Positions 49,384 to 61,300 are shown, counted from the stretch's first letter. The stretch is DNA of 64,000 nt from an uncultured bacterium (GCA_964613215.1 CAZTHK010000016.1:3966-67965), one strand, 5' to 3'. The notes: a model not told the origin generated them from the letters alone. A program made the numbers and translations.

Positions 49384-52300
49384 ATCCAGTGAATATACCG
49401 GACTGGATGATATTGCCGTCATAGCAATGGATGGACGTTTTCCGGAGGCTTCAGGAATCGAACAGTTCTGGAAGAACCTCTGCCAGGGCAGGGAATCGGT
49501 ATCATTCTTTTCCGATCAGGAGCTGCTGGAAAGCGGGGTGGATCCGGAAATGATAAACCATCCGGACTATGTCAAGGCAGGCGCGGTGCTGGATGATATC
49601 TATGACTTCGATGCCCCCTTCTTCGGTATAAGTCCCCGGAATGCGGAGTTGATGGATCCGCAGCAGCGGCTGTTTCTTCAGTGCTGCTGGGCTGTTCTGG
49701 AGAAGGCGGGTTATAACGGTGGAGATTGGGGGGAAGGGGTGGGGGTTTTTGCCGGGGTAGGGCCGGATAATTATTACCGCAACAATATCATGGCAAACCG
49801 GGAGGTCTTCCGGTCGGCCGGAAGCCTTCAGCCACTGCTGGGCAATGACCGTAACTTTCTCTCCACCATGGTGTCCTACCGGATGGATCTGAGAGGTCCT
49901 TCCCTTACCCTTCAGACAGCCTGCTCAACCTCCCTGGTGGCGGTGCATCTGGCCTGCCAGAGCCTGCTGAACGGGGAGTGTGATCTGGCCATGGCGGGAG
50001 GGGTGACCATAAATATACCTCAGAAGACCGGATATCTTTACAGGGAGGGTGGAATTCCCTCCCGGGATGGACACTGCCGGACCTTCGACCGGGATGCCAG
50101 CGGCACGGTTTTCGGTAACGGAGCGGCGGTGGTGGCTCTGAAGCGGCTGGAGGATGCTGTCCAGGATGGCGATTTCATTTATACGGTGATAAAGGGCTCT
50201 GCGGTTAACAATGATGGATCGTTCAAGGTAGGTTATACTGCTCCCGGCGTGAGGGGTCAGTCGGGGGCCATCACCGAGGCAATATCTGTATCGGGAGTGG
50301 ATCCGGCTAGCATTTCCATGGTGGAAGCCCACGGTACCGGCACCGTACTGGGTGATCCCATAGAGATAGAAGCACTCACCCAGGCATTTAGTCAGTTCAC
50401 CGGCAGAAAACAGTACTGTGCGGTAGGCTCGGTAAAGACCAATGTAGGACACCTGGACACTGCCGCCGGGGTAACCGGGCTGATCAAAGCGGCCCTCTCC
50501 CTGTACCATGGCAAGATTCCTCCCAGTCTCAACTACTCCCGTCCCAATCCCAAGATAGATTTCGAGAATAGTCCCTTCTTCGTCAATACGGAATTAATGG
50601 ATTGGGATGGGGGGGGAGTGCCCAGGAGGGCGGGAGTGAGTTCCTTCGGGCTGGGCGGAACCAATGCCCATATAGTGATGGAGGAACCTCCCCGGAGGGA
50701 GGAATCCAGCAGTTCGGAGAGGGCATATCAGCTGATTACCCTCTCCGCAGCCAGTGACACCGCCCTGGATAGTTATGCCGCCGGTCTGTTGGATTATCTG
50801 CATGAAAATGAAGAGGTAAAAGCTGAGGATGTAGCCTTTACCCTGCAGAAGGGCCGCAGAAGGATGCCTCATAGGTTGGCTGTAGTATCGCGTTCCTCCG
50901 GAGGGGCAGTGGAGATAATGGAGGGTAGTTCTTCAGCTGGAGTTTTAAAGAGGGTGGAAGACAGCAGCAACCGGGAGGTGGTGTTCATGTTTCCCGGCCA
51001 GGGTGCTCAGTATGTCAACATGGGTGCCGGACTGTATCATTCGGAGCCATCTTTTCGCCGGCAGGTGGACCATTGCGCAGAGCTGCTGAAGGGTAGTCTT
51101 GGTTTTGATATCAGGAGTATTATATATCCCGGTAATGTAGAGAAGGATAAGGCATCGGAGAAGCTTACCCAGACTGAGATCACCCAGCCGGCTCTTTTCG
51201 TGGTGGAATATTCCCTGGCCCGGCTCTGGATGGAGTGGGGGATTGAACCCTCTGCCATGACCGGACATAGTATCGGAGAATTTGTAGCGGCCTGCCTGGC
51301 GGGGGTGTTCTCCCTGGAGGATTGCCTCAAGCTGGTGGTAGAGAGGGGCAGGCTGATGCAGCAGATGCCTCCGGGAAGGATGCTGGCGGTATTTCTGCCT
51401 GAACAGGAGGTGATCCCCCTCCTGCCGGATAAAGTTTCTCTGGCGGCGGTCAACCGTCCCGATGTAACTGTGATATCTGGAACTGTCCAGGATATGAATA
51501 AAATGGAGGAGAAGCTCAAGGCTGCCGGTACCGGATACAGAAGGCTGCATACCTCTCATGCCTTTCATTCCCACATGATGGATCCCATTCTGGAACCCTT
51601 TACCAGAGCGGTCAGCGGAGCCAATCCTTCCCCTCCATCCATACCATATATATCCAATATCACCGGAACCTGGATGGAACCTGAACGGGCGGAGGATCCG
51701 GCCTGCTGGGCCCGCCAGCTGAGGCGTACAGTGAGATTCTCCGACGGTCTAAGGGAGCTGTTTCGGAGACCGGAGAGACTCCTCCTGGAGGTGGGTCCGG
51801 GGAGGACTCTGACCACCCTGTCCGGACAGCATCCCGACAGGGATAAACAGCAGGAGGTGCTGAATTGTATCCGCCATCCCAGGGAGGAGAAGCCGGACCA
51901 CCTGTTTCTGATGGAGACATTGGGGAAGTTATGGATGAGGGGAGTGGATATAAACTGGTCCGGGATTTATCAGGATGAAAAAAGACAGATTGTTCCTCTG
52001 CCCTCCTATCCCTTCCAGGGAAAGACCTACCGGATAGAGCCGGATAAACCGGGGAAGAGAACCAGCGCTTTAACCCGGCGGAGGGAGCGGGAAGATGGGT
52101 CGGCAGGCTGGATATACCGGGAGGCGTGGTATCCCTTACCCCTGAGGAATTCAGCGGGGAAAGATGTGGGGAAGAATGTGAAAGATCCTGTGATGATATT
52201 CTATTACAAGAATCCCATGGTAGAGAGGCTGGTGGAAGAATTTTCCAGGAGGGGATATCCGGTGATAAGGATAACCGGGGGAAGCAACTTTACCCGGGAG

Positions 52301-55066
52301 GGGAAGGACGGATATGTTATAGATTATCACAATCCGGAGGATTACCTTGAATTGATCAGGGAGCTCCGATCGGATGAAATGATTCCCGGAACGGTTATTT
52401 TTCCGGTTATTGATGGTAGTAGCGGCGAAGCTGATCCGGCCCCGGGCAGGGTGGAACATTGTTTGGCGAGGGGTTTCTTCGCCCCGGTATTTATGGCCCG
52501 GGCATGGGGAGAAGAGGGCAGGGAGGGGAATATCAGGATGGTTTTTCTCTCCTCTGATACTCATGTGACCGGAGGTGAAAAGGATTCCAATCCCCTTGGT
52601 TCGGTTGCTATGGGCCCGGCCATGGTGATTCCCCTGGAGTATCCCAACATTAAATGCCGCAGTGTGGATGTGGATATACCCCCGGAGGGGAGCTGGTATC
52701 AGGAAAGGCTCTGCCGGATGGTGGCGGATGACATGATATCCGGAGATGACGAGCAGGTGGTGGCCTACCGGAATAACAACAGGCTGGCCAGGGAGTTCAG
52801 GATAGTCCCTCCTTCACCCGCAGATGACTCCGGGCCGGGTTTAAAAGATAAGGGAGTTTACCTGATAACCGGAGGTATGGGGGGTATGGGTATGGCCCTG
52901 GCTTCATATCTGGCCGGCCGGTTCGGGGCCAAGCTGGTACTTACCGGAAGGTCTGAGCTTCTGCCCCGGAAGAAGTGGGATAGCTGGCTGAATGAGAATA
53001 ACCGGGAGGATAGGGTCTCGGTCATAATCAGGGGGATCAGGGAGATGGAGGATAAGGGGGGGGAGGTAGTGGTGGAGAGTGTGGATGCAGCTGACCTGGA
53101 GGGTATGAAGTCATTGAAGAAGAGGGTGGAGCAGAGATGGGGCAGGGTGGACGGAGTGATACATGCCGCCGGGGTGGAGGGAAGCGGAATAATACAGACC
53201 AAAACCAGGGAGATGGCAGAGAAGGTTTTTTCGCCCAAGATTGTGGGCACCCTGGTTCTTCATCAGGTATTCCCACCGGGGACCCTGGATTTTATGGCTG
53301 TATGTTCATCCCTTAACTCGGTTGTTCCTGTGGTGGGACAGTCGGATTACTGTACCGCCAGTGTATTTCAGGACAGGTTTGCCTCCTGCCGGAGTGCTCT
53401 CAGCGGAGACAACACTGTAGCCATAGGATGGGACCGGTGGAAGGAGACCGGTATGGCGGTGAAAGCTGAAAGTCCCCTCTGGCTGAGGGCTGCCGCGAGT
53501 GGATCAGCTGACCGGGTAGAGGGAGCTCCACTGGTGGAAAGAAGTGTTTCCACCGGAGGGGAGGATAGAATCTACTCCACCATAATGAAGGTAGAAGATT
53601 TCTGGATACTTGATGAACACAGGATCGGGGGAAAGAGTGTGGTGCCAGGTACCGCCTTCCTGGAGATGGCGGTAGAAGCATTTACCCGGGGTGAAGAAAG
53701 CAGAATGGTGGAGATAGAAGATGCATCATTCATGTCTCCCCTGGTTGTGGGGGAGGATGAGAGCAGGGAGGTGCTGACTGTACTTACCGGGGAGGGGGAC
53801 TGGACTGAATTTAATATTTCCAGCAGGGAAAAGAGGGGGCGGGGTGAAAGGGCGGAGTATATCCGCCACGCATCCGGCAGGATCAGATTCGCCGGTGAAG
53901 GAGAGGAGATCGAAGAGCCGGATCTGTCCGCCATAATGAACAGATGCAGCCGGAGAAGGGAGAAGCAGAAGAAGAGGGAGGGCAGTGATGAAGGTATAAT
54001 TGCCCAGTACGGTCCCCGCTGGGATGTGCTGGAGAAGATTAAACTGGGAGAGGGGGAGGCTATTGCCTCTCTGAAATTACCTGAAAATTTCAGGAGCGAT
54101 CTGGATGATTACTATCTGCATCCATCCCTTCTGGATATTGCCACAGGATTTGCCGCGGGATATGCCAAGAGGGGTAATTATCTCCCCTTCTGGTACCGGA
54201 GATTGAGGGTGTTGAAGCCCCTCACTGCTGAGATCTACAGCCATGCAAGATTCAGGGAGGGGGGAGAGGAATCAGGAGAAACGGTTAGCCTGGATGTGGC
54301 AATAATGGATAAGGGGGGAAATCTTCTGGCTGTTATCGATGAGTATACCATGAAGCGGGTGGAGCGATTCGGCCTTAACCAGGAAGGCAGATCAGATGAA
54401 GGGGAGGCTATTACCGGGAAGGATGCCCGGGGTAAAATGGGGGAGAGTGACCCTGCCGGAAAGGGAGGCGGAGGATTATCGAACCGGGAGGGGATAGAAA
54501 TATTCCGGAGGGTTATACAGGAAGGCATATCTCCTCAGGCTCTTGTTTCCAGGGAGAAGCTGAACCGGAGGGTGGAGGAGGCCGGGCAATTTACCATCAC
54601 CAGGATAGAGGAGGAGGTGGAAGCACTTCACCGCAGGGAAGGAGGACATTCCCGTCCACCCAACCTGGGTGAGTATGTAGAACCAAACAATCCGGTGGAG
54701 GAGAAGCTGGCCGAAATATGGCAGCATCTGCTGGGTATAGACCGGGTGGGGATAAGGGATAACTTCTTCGATCTGGGCGGGGATTCGGTGATAGGCCTGC
54801 GTATAGTGGTAAAAGCCAAGGAGAATTCGATTATACTGACTCCTCCCCAGCTATTCGAACATCAGACCATAGAAGAACTGGCCGGGGTGGCAGGCAGCAG
54901 GAGAGAGGATGCGGTAAAGCCGCAGGAACCGGAAGAGGAGGAAGCCGGCGAAGGGGAGAAAAAGGAGCTGAGTCCGGAGAATCTTCCCGGTGCCGAACTT
55001 AATCAGGAGGAGCTGAAGAAATTACTGAACAGGATTGACCGGGAGGGTAAGGATCAGGATCAATGA
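49376..55066 (+). CDS. Type I polyketide synthase module, KS-AT-KR-DH-ACP (~1897 aa).
   Basis: KS: TACSTSLVAVHLACQSLLNGECDLAMAGG, EAHGTGT, GSVKTNVGHL. AT: GHSIGEFVAACLAG and HAFHS (malonyl-type motif). KR Rossmann fold GVYLITGGMGGMGMAL plus SDYCTAS. DH: LDEHRIGGKSVVPG (HxxxGxxxxP) and HPSLLD. ACP: FFDLGGDSV. ATG 49376 overlaps the upstream stop by 8 nt; the track ORF started at an internal upstream Met (49262). Confidence 0.85.
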   Translation: MDESSEYTGLDDIAVIAMDGRFPEASGIEQFWKNLCQGRESVSFFSDQELLESGVDPEMINHPDYVKAGAVLDDIYDFDAPFFGISPRNAELMDPQQRLFLQCCWAVLEKAGYNGGDWGEGVGVFAGVGPDNYYRNNIMANREVFRSAGSLQPLLGNDRNFLSTMVSYRMDLRGPSLTLQTACSTSLVAVHLACQSLLNGECDLAMAGGVTINIPQKTGYLYREGGIPSRDGHCRTFDRDASGTVFGNGAAVVALKRLEDAVQDGDFIYTVIKGSAVNNDGSFKVGYTAPGVRGQSGAITEAISVSGVDPASISMVEAHGTGTVLGDPIEIEALTQAFSQFTGRKQYCAVGSVKTNVGHLDTAAGVTGLIKAALSLYHGKIPPSLNYSRPNPKIDFENSPFFVNTELMDWDGGGVPRRAGVSSFGLGGTNAHIVMEEPPRREESSSSERAYQLITLSAASDTALDSYAAGLLDYLHENEEVKAEDVAFTLQKGRRRMPHRLAVVSRSSGGAVEIMEGSSSAGVLKRVEDSSNREVVFMFPGQGAQYVNMGAGLYHSEPSFRRQVDHCAELLKGSLGFDIRSIIYPGNVEKDKASEKLTQTEITQPALFVVEYSLARLWMEWGIEPSAMTGHSIGEFVAACLAGVFSLEDCLKLVVERGRLMQQMPPGRMLAVFLPEQEVIPLLPDKVSLAAVNRPDVTVISGTVQDMNKMEEKLKAAGTGYRRLHTSHAFHSHMMDPILEPFTRAVSGANPSPPSIPYISNITGTWMEPERAEDPACWARQLRRTVRFSDGLRELFRRPERLLLEVGPGRTLTTLSGQHPDRDKQQEVLNCIRHPREEKPDHLFLMETLGKLWMRGVDINWSGIYQDEKRQIVPLPSYPFQGKTYRIEPDKPGKRTSALTRRREREDGSAGWIYREAWYPLPLRNSAGKDVGKNVKDPVMIFYYKNPMVERLVEEFSRRGYPVIRITGGSNFTREGKDGYVIDYHNPEDYLELIRELRSDEMIPGTVIFPVIDGSSGEADPAPGRVEHCLARGFFAPVFMARAWGEEGREGNIRMVFLSSDTHVTGGEKDSNPLGSVAMGPAMVIPLEYPNIKCRSVDVDIPPEGSWYQERLCRMVADDMISGDDEQVVAYRNNNRLAREFRIVPPSPADDSGPGLKDKGVYLITGGMGGMGMALASYLAGRFGAKLVLTGRSELLPRKKWDSWLNENNREDRVSVIIRGIREMEDKGGEVVVESVDAADLEGMKSLKKRVEQRWGRVDGVIHAAGVEGSGIIQTKTREMAEKVFSPKIVGTLVLHQVFPPGTLDFMAVCSSLNSVVPVVGQSDYCTASVFQDRFASCRSALSGDNTVAIGWDRWKETGMAVKAESPLWLRAAASGSADRVEGAPLVERSVSTGGEDRIYSTIMKVEDFWILDEHRIGGKSVVPGTAFLEMAVEAFTRGEESRMVEIEDASFMSPLVVGEDESREVLTVLTGEGDWTEFNISSREKRGRGERAEYIRHASGRIRFAGEGEEIEEPDLSAIMNRCSRRREKQKKREGSDEGIIAQYGPRWDVLEKIKLGEGEAIASLKLPENFRSDLDDYYLHPSLLDIATGFAAGYAKRGNYLPFWYRRLRVLKPLTAEIYSHARFREGGEESGETVSLDVAIMDKGGNLLAVIDEYTMKRVERFGLNQEGRSDEGEAITGKDARGKMGESDPAGKGGGGLSNREGIEIFRRVIQEGISPQALVSREKLNRRVEEAGQFTITRIEEEVEALHRREGGHSRPPNLGEYVEPNNPVEEKLAEIWQHLLGIDRVGIRDNFFDLGGDSVIGLRIVVKAKENSIILTPPQLFEHQTIEELAGVAGSRREDAVKPQEPEEEEAGEGEKKELSPENLPGAELNQEELKKLLNRIDREGKDQDQ

Positions 55067-58000
55067 TTGATAAATCAAAGATAAAGGATATTTATACCCT
55101 TTCCCCCCTTCAGGAGGGAATACTGTTTCACTGCCTCTACGATCCCGGCTCGGGGGTATATATCAACCAGTATGTAATGCCTCTGGGCGGGGATACTGAT
55201 TTCGATTCTCTGGAGCGAGCCTGGCAGATGGTGGTAAATCGCCATCCGGTGCTCCGCACCTCCTTTCACTGGGAAGAAATGGAGAGGCCTCATCAGGTGG
55301 TATACCGCAGTGCCGGCCTCCGGATGGAGAAACTGGACTGGAGTGATATATCACCCCGGGATAGGGAGGGAAAACTGGAGGAGTTTCTGAAGAGGGACCG
55401 GAGAAGAGGGTTCGATCTTTCCAGTGTCCCCCTGATGAGACTGATACTTATAAAAATGGGCCGGGATGACTACAGGCTGGTATGGGACAGCCACCATATC
55501 GTAATCGATGCCTGGTCCGGATCACTGATATGGCGGGAGGTTTTAAGCTATTACCGGTCCTTCATCACCGGAGAAGAGATCAGCCTGGAGAAGCCCAGGC
55601 CTTACCGGGACTACATCATGTGGTTGAGGGAACGGGATCTCTCCAGGGCGGAACAGTACTGGAGGGAGGAACTCAAGGGGTTTACCCAGCCTAACATTCT
55701 GGAAGGGGAATCTCCATCTTCCGGTATGGATGAGCAGAAGGGAGAGGAGGGATACGGCGATCAGTCAATTAACCTATCCTCCCATCTGACCAGAAGGCTT
55801 AAGGAATTCGCCCGACGGAACAGGCTGACCCTTAATACCCTGATTCAGGGAGCATGGGCTGTACTGCTGAGCCGGTACAGCGGACAGGAAGATGTAGTTT
55901 ATGGATCCACCACTTCGGGAAGACCGGCTGAACTGGAGGGGGTGGATTCCATGGTGGGCCTGTTCATCAATACCCTGCCGGTAAGGATAAGAGTAGAGGG
56001 CGACCGGGAGGTGGTTTCGTGGCTCAGGGAGCTCCAGGGCAAACTGACCAGGGTGAGGGAGTATGAGTATTCCCCCCTGATAAAGGTGATGGAGTGGAGC
56101 GAGGTACCATCCGGTCAGCAGTTATTCCAGACTATCGTGGTATTCGAGAATGTCCCCTCCGGGGGAGAAGATTCCGGAGGGGAAGGAGGGATTTCTTCCG
56201 GGCGGAGCAGGTTCCTGTTCAGCACCAACTATCCGGTTACCCTGGTGATAAATCCAATGTCGGTAATGGGGCTGAGAGTGGTGTATGACCATAATCTGTT
56301 CGGTGATTCCCTGATGGAGGGGTTGCTGGAGCATCTGGAGGTTTTGCTGGGTGGTGTGGCGGAGGATGAGGGGAGGAGGCTGAGGGATCTGGATATCATG
56401 GGGGATGAGGAGAGGGAGCGGATACTGTACCGCTGGAATGACACCGGTTGTGAGTATGGGGGCAGTGAGAGCCTGGCCGGTATGTTCCGTGAGGCTGCCG
56501 GGAGGTACGGTGAGAGGGAGGCGGTTGTCTGCGGGGATGAATCGATCAGCTATAGTGAGCTGGATGAACGTTCGGACTGTCTGGCTGGTTATCTCCGGGG
56601 TCTGGGTGTGGGGTTTGAGGATCAGGTGGGTGTATATATGCACCGGGGATTGGATATGATGGTATCGGTTCTGGGGATATTGAAGGGGGGAGGAGCCTAT
56701 GTGCCCCTGGACCGGGAGTATCCGGTGGAGAGGTTAAGCTATATGGTGGAGTGCAGCGGGATAGAGGTTGTACTGGTGAGTGGTGGCGGAGGTGGTTTGA
56801 TACCCGGGATCCGGGAGACAGATGTGCTGGGGGATTGGGATGAGATATCGGTCTGCCGGGACAGCTGTCCCGGAGATGGGGTGAGTGGGGATAGTGTTGG
56901 GTATGTACTGTACACCTCCGGGTCCACGGGCAGGCCCAAGGGGGTATTGATGCCGGTGGGCAGTCTGGTGAATCTGATAAGGTGGCAGGTGGATGAGTTT
57001 GGAGATGAGGGAGCGGGTAGGAGGGTGTTGCAGTTTGCCTCGTTGAGTTTTGATGTATCGTTTCAGGAGATGTTTTCCACCTGGGTAAGCGGGGGAGTGG
57101 TGGATGTGGTTTCGTCTGAGGTTAAGAAGGATCCGGAGAGGTTGTGGGGGCATATAGCTGAGAGGGGTATAGAGAGGGTATTTTTGCCCTTTGTGGCGTT
57201 ACAGCAGCTGGCCGGGGTGTCGGGAGGAGGTATGAGGGGGAGTGAGTTGAAGGAGGTAATAACGGCTGGGGAGCAGTTGAGGGTGACTGAGTCTGTACGG
57301 GAGATGTTCCGCGGCAGTGGTTGCCGGCTGATAAATCAGTACGGGCCTACCGAGACGCATGTGGTTACGGCGGAGTGGCTGGGGGATGATGTGGATAGCT
57401 GGGAGGTATTGCCGTCGATAGGTGCTCCGGTTTCCAATGTGAGGTTATATCTTCTGGATGGGGATCTGGAGCCGGTACCGGTGGGAGTTGAGGGGGAGTT
57501 GTATGTGGGGGGTTCAGCTGTTTCGAGGGGGTATGGAGGGGAGGGAGGCAGGACGGCTGAGAGTTATCTGCCGGACCGGTATGGGGGAGGTGGCGGGAGG
57601 TTGTATGCTACCGGTGATATTGGCAGGTATCGTCCGGACGGGCGTATTGATTTTATTGGCAGGAGGGATGATCAGGTAAAGGTCAGGGGCTACCGGGTGG
57701 AGTTGGGAGAGGTTGAGAGTGTGTTGTGCGGATATGAGGGGGTCAGGGATGCGGTGGTGGTGAGCAGGGAGTATGAGGGCACCGGGGTTGGATTGACCGG
57801 GTATCTGATTATGGATGGAGATATTGAGGTGGATGGTTTGCGGGATTATCTGGGGGACCGTTTACCCGGCTATATGATACCGGCGGAATTTATCCGGGTG
57901 GATGAGTTTCCTCTGACCCCCAGCGGGAAGGTTGACCGTTCCGGGCTGCCTGAGCCGGAGGGGAGGAGGATCAGCAGGGGAGGGGAGTATGTTGCGCCGG

Positions 58001-58356
58001 AGACGGAGGTGGAGGAGGCGCTGGCTTCAGTTTGGTCGGAGATACTGGGTTTGGACCGGGTTGGCGTGGAGGACAACTTTTTTGAGCTGGGAGGGCATTC
58101 CCTTCTGGCTACCCGGGTGGTGTCGAGGGTGAGGGAGATGTTCCAGATAGAGCTTCCCCTGAGAACCCTGTTCGAGAAACCGGAACTCAAAAATCTGGCC
58201 GGAGAGATAGAGAAAATAGTGGAGGGGGGAGAGAGCAAATCTGCTCCGGAGATAAAACCGCTGGCCAGGGAGAAGAGGATAATAGATGAACTGGATGAGA
58301 TTACGGATGAAAAGGCAGGAAAAAGACTTAATCAGGAAGATAGAACAAATGAATAG
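55063..58356 (+). CDS. NRPS module C-A-T (1097 aa).
   Basis: C domain LSPLQEGILFH (C1) and HHIVIDAWS. A domain YVLYTSGSTGRPKGV, NQYGPTETHV, YATGDIGRY, GRRDDQVKVRGYRVE, PSGKVDR. T domain FFELGGHSLL. ATGA overlap with the PKS stop. Confidence 0.9.
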   Translation: MIDKSKIKDIYTLSPLQEGILFHCLYDPGSGVYINQYVMPLGGDTDFDSLERAWQMVVNRHPVLRTSFHWEEMERPHQVVYRSAGLRMEKLDWSDISPRDREGKLEEFLKRDRRRGFDLSSVPLMRLILIKMGRDDYRLVWDSHHIVIDAWSGSLIWREVLSYYRSFITGEEISLEKPRPYRDYIMWLRERDLSRAEQYWREELKGFTQPNILEGESPSSGMDEQKGEEGYGDQSINLSSHLTRRLKEFARRNRLTLNTLIQGAWAVLLSRYSGQEDVVYGSTTSGRPAELEGVDSMVGLFINTLPVRIRVEGDREVVSWLRELQGKLTRVREYEYSPLIKVMEWSEVPSGQQLFQTIVVFENVPSGGEDSGGEGGISSGRSRFLFSTNYPVTLVINPMSVMGLRVVYDHNLFGDSLMEGLLEHLEVLLGGVAEDEGRRLRDLDIMGDEERERILYRWNDTGCEYGGSESLAGMFREAAGRYGEREAVVCGDESISYSELDERSDCLAGYLRGLGVGFEDQVGVYMHRGLDMMVSVLGILKGGGAYVPLDREYPVERLSYMVECSGIEVVLVSGGGGGLIPGIRETDVLGDWDEISVCRDSCPGDGVSGDSVGYVLYTSGSTGRPKGVLMPVGSLVNLIRWQVDEFGDEGAGRRVLQFASLSFDVSFQEMFSTWVSGGVVDVVSSEVKKDPERLWGHIAERGIERVFLPFVALQQLAGVSGGGMRGSELKEVITAGEQLRVTESVREMFRGSGCRLINQYGPTETHVVTAEWLGDDVDSWEVLPSIGAPVSNVRLYLLDGDLEPVPVGVEGELYVGGSAVSRGYGGEGGRTAESYLPDRYGGGGGRLYATGDIGRYRPDGRIDFIGRRDDQVKVRGYRVELGEVESVLCGYEGVRDAVVVSREYEGTGVGLTGYLIMDGDIEVDGLRDYLGDRLPGYMIPAEFIRVDEFPLTPSGKVDRSGLPEPEGRRISRGGEYVAPETEVEEALASVWSEILGLDRVGVEDNFFELGGHSLLATRVVSRVREMFQIELPLRTLFEKPELKNLAGEIEKIVEGGESKSAPEIKPLAREKRIIDELDEITDEKAGKRLNQEDRTNE
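56294..57328 (+). repeat. Copy 1 of a >=1035-bp perfect direct repeat (A-domain coding segment of the 55063..58356 NRPS).
   Basis: Identical to 62966..64000 at an offset of 6672 nt (a multiple of 3). Spot-checked at several positions. Identical peptides in all frames of the ORF track (e.g. 56405..56659 equals 63077..63331). Confidence 0.9.
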
Positions 58357-58374
58357 ATCAGGAATTAAGTAGAA

Positions 58375-61300
58375 ATGACTGATAAATCATATATGTTTCC
58401 CCTTTCATTTGCCCAGCAGAGGCTCTGGTTCATGGAGCAGCTGGCTCCGGGTAAGCCCTTCTACAATCTGCCGTCGGCTCTGGATATAGAAGGGCCTCTG
58501 GAGGCAGAGATAATTAAGAAGAGCCTGAATGAGATAGTGAGTAGACACGAAACACTGCGTACCTGCTTTAAGAATGTGGATGGTGAACCCAGACAGGTGG
58601 TGCTGGATGCGGTGGAATTTGAAATGCCTCTGATCGATCTTTCCGGTATTCCTCCGGAGGAGCGCAGCAGAAAGGCTGATTCAATCTGCGCAGAGGAGGG
58701 GGTGAAACCGTTCCATCTTTCCTCTCCTCCGCTGTTCAGGGCCAGGCTGTTAAGAATGAACCGGCTGGAGCATATTCTGATATTCAATATACACCATATA
58801 ATAGCAGACGGCTGGTCTATGGGGGTGCTGATGGATGAAATCAAGAAGCTGTACAATATATTTTCAGGTGATAGCGGGGGCAAGCTGCCCTCTCTCCCCA
58901 TCCAGTACGCAGATTATGCGGTATGGCAGAGGAGGCATCTCAGGGGAAGGGTGATGGAATTGCATCTGGAGTACTGGAAGAAGAAGCTGGAGGGAGCTCC
59001 ACCTGTTCTGAGTCTCCCTTCGGACAGGCCCAGACCACCGGTTCCCAGCTTTACCGGGGACAACTATAATTTCCGGCTATCCGGCCATATCCATGATAGG
59101 GTTATCAGAATCTCGCGGGATCAGGGAGTTACCAGCTATATGATATTCATGGCTGCATTTGCTGCTCTGCTCTCCCGTTACAGCTGCCAGGATGATATGG
59201 TGGTAGGTTTTCCCATCGCCAACAGAACCAGGGCGGAGCTGGAAAAACTGATAGGATTCTTCGTCAATACCCTGGTTCTGCGTATCGGCCTCTCCGGCGA
59301 TCCCACCCTGAAGGAACTGATCCGAAGGGTCAGGGAGGTGGCTCTGGATGCTTACCAGCACCAGGATCTGCCCTTCGAGGTGCTGGTAAGGGAGTTGAGC
59401 CCGGAGAGGGATATCAGCATGAATCCCATCTGTCAGGTAGTGCTGGCCATGCAGAACACACCCCCCGATACAGAGGAGATCGAGGGACTGGAGATACATC
59501 ACCGGGAGATAAAGACCGGGACCACCCGCTTCGACATCGCTCTGCATATAAGGGAGGAGAAAGATGGAGGAGGGGTATTCACCGGCAACTGCATATACAG
59601 CACCGATCTGTTCGACCGTTCCACCATAGCCGGGATGGTGGATAACCTGGTAAAACTGCTGGAGCAGGGATTATCGGATCCCGGCCTTCCCCTCTCCAAC
59701 ATATCCCTGATGGATGCTGAAGAGGAAAGAAAGATTCTGATTGATTGGAACAGCACCGGGCGAGAATTATCCGGTCCGGGTACCATCCACGGAATGGTGG
59801 AGAAAGCGGTGGCTGTACATCCCGATGATACTGCGGTGGAGTGTATGGGTGATGACAGCAGGTTATCATACCGTGAGCTCGATTCAATGGCCGGACGGAT
59901 AGCCGCATTTCTGATCAGAAGAGAGCTGGGGAGGGAGGCTGCAGTGGGGGTATGTATGAGGCGTTCACCCGGTATGGTGGCTGCAGTACTGGGTATCCTC
60001 AGGGCGGGGATGGCATTTGTGCCAATGGATCCCGGCTATCCGGAGGAGCGCCTGAAATATATCACCGGCGATTCCGGTTCGGAGATTGTGATAACAGATA
60101 TCCTTCCGGCGGATTGCCGGTTGGGTGAAGGGACAGAGGTGGTTAAAATTGATACAATAGTGGAAAATCAGCATCCTGCCCGGGAACCCGCCGCCATTCC
60201 GGTTAAGGGAGATAACCTGGCTTACATTCTGTATACTTCCGGTACCACCGGAAGGCCCAAGGGGGTTATGATACAGCATTCCAGTGTGGTCAATTATACA
60301 AGCTGGGTATTGGAGAACCTCACCGGTGAGGGCTGTGTTATCCCCCTCTCCACCGGCCTGGTCTTCGATGCCTCCCTTAAGCAACTGTTTGGTTCACTGG
60401 CCTCCGGCAGGGGGGTGAAGATAGTTTCGGAAGAGGACCTCCTCGATCCGGAGGAGCTGTGCCGCTATTTGAGCAGTTTCAGCTCTGTTGCCTTCAACTG
60501 CGTACCATCCCTGTGGGAGACATTGATCGGAACACTGCAGGATCGGCGGGATAAAAATATGGATATGCCTGTAGACAGGCTGCTGCTGGGGGGAGAGAGC
60601 CTGAGCAGTGATCTGGTGGATAGAACCAGGGAAGTTCTGCCCGGTACGGAGATATGGAACCTTTACGGTCCCACCGAAACAACCGCCAATGTTACCGCAG
60701 CCATTCTGAACCGGAGGGGAGGGGTACCCATAGGGAGACCCCTTTGGAATACCCGGGTCTATGTACTGGATTGGGAGATGAAGCCTGTTGGCAGGGGTAT
60801 TCCCGGAGAACTTTATGTGGGTGGAATGGGAGTGGCAAGAGGATATCTAAACCGCCCCGCCCTGACCGCGGAAAGATTTGTTCCCCATCCCTTCGGTGAG
60901 GGGGAGAGGCTCTACCGCACCGGTGATCTGGTAAGATGGAATGAGGATGGAGAACTCGAATTTATCCGCCGGCTGGATGATCAGATAAAATTGAGAGGAT
61001 TTAGAATAGAACCTCAGGAGATAGAATCGGTACTGAGGAATTACCAGGGGGTGAAAGATTCATATGTAACACTCTGGGAAGGGGATGCAGGGGAGAGTAT
61101 GCTTGCGGCCTATATTTCGGGACCTTCCGGAATCTCCGGGGATAAGTTGAGGAGTTACCTGGCCGGGGAGCTTCCCTCCTATATGATTCCATCTGCTTAT
61201 GTATGGATGGAAGAATTACCGCGTGATAGTGCGGGCAGGTTAAACCGGGAACAGCTTCCCCCGCCCGGAATAGAGGGAACCGCCGAAGAGAAGGATCAGC

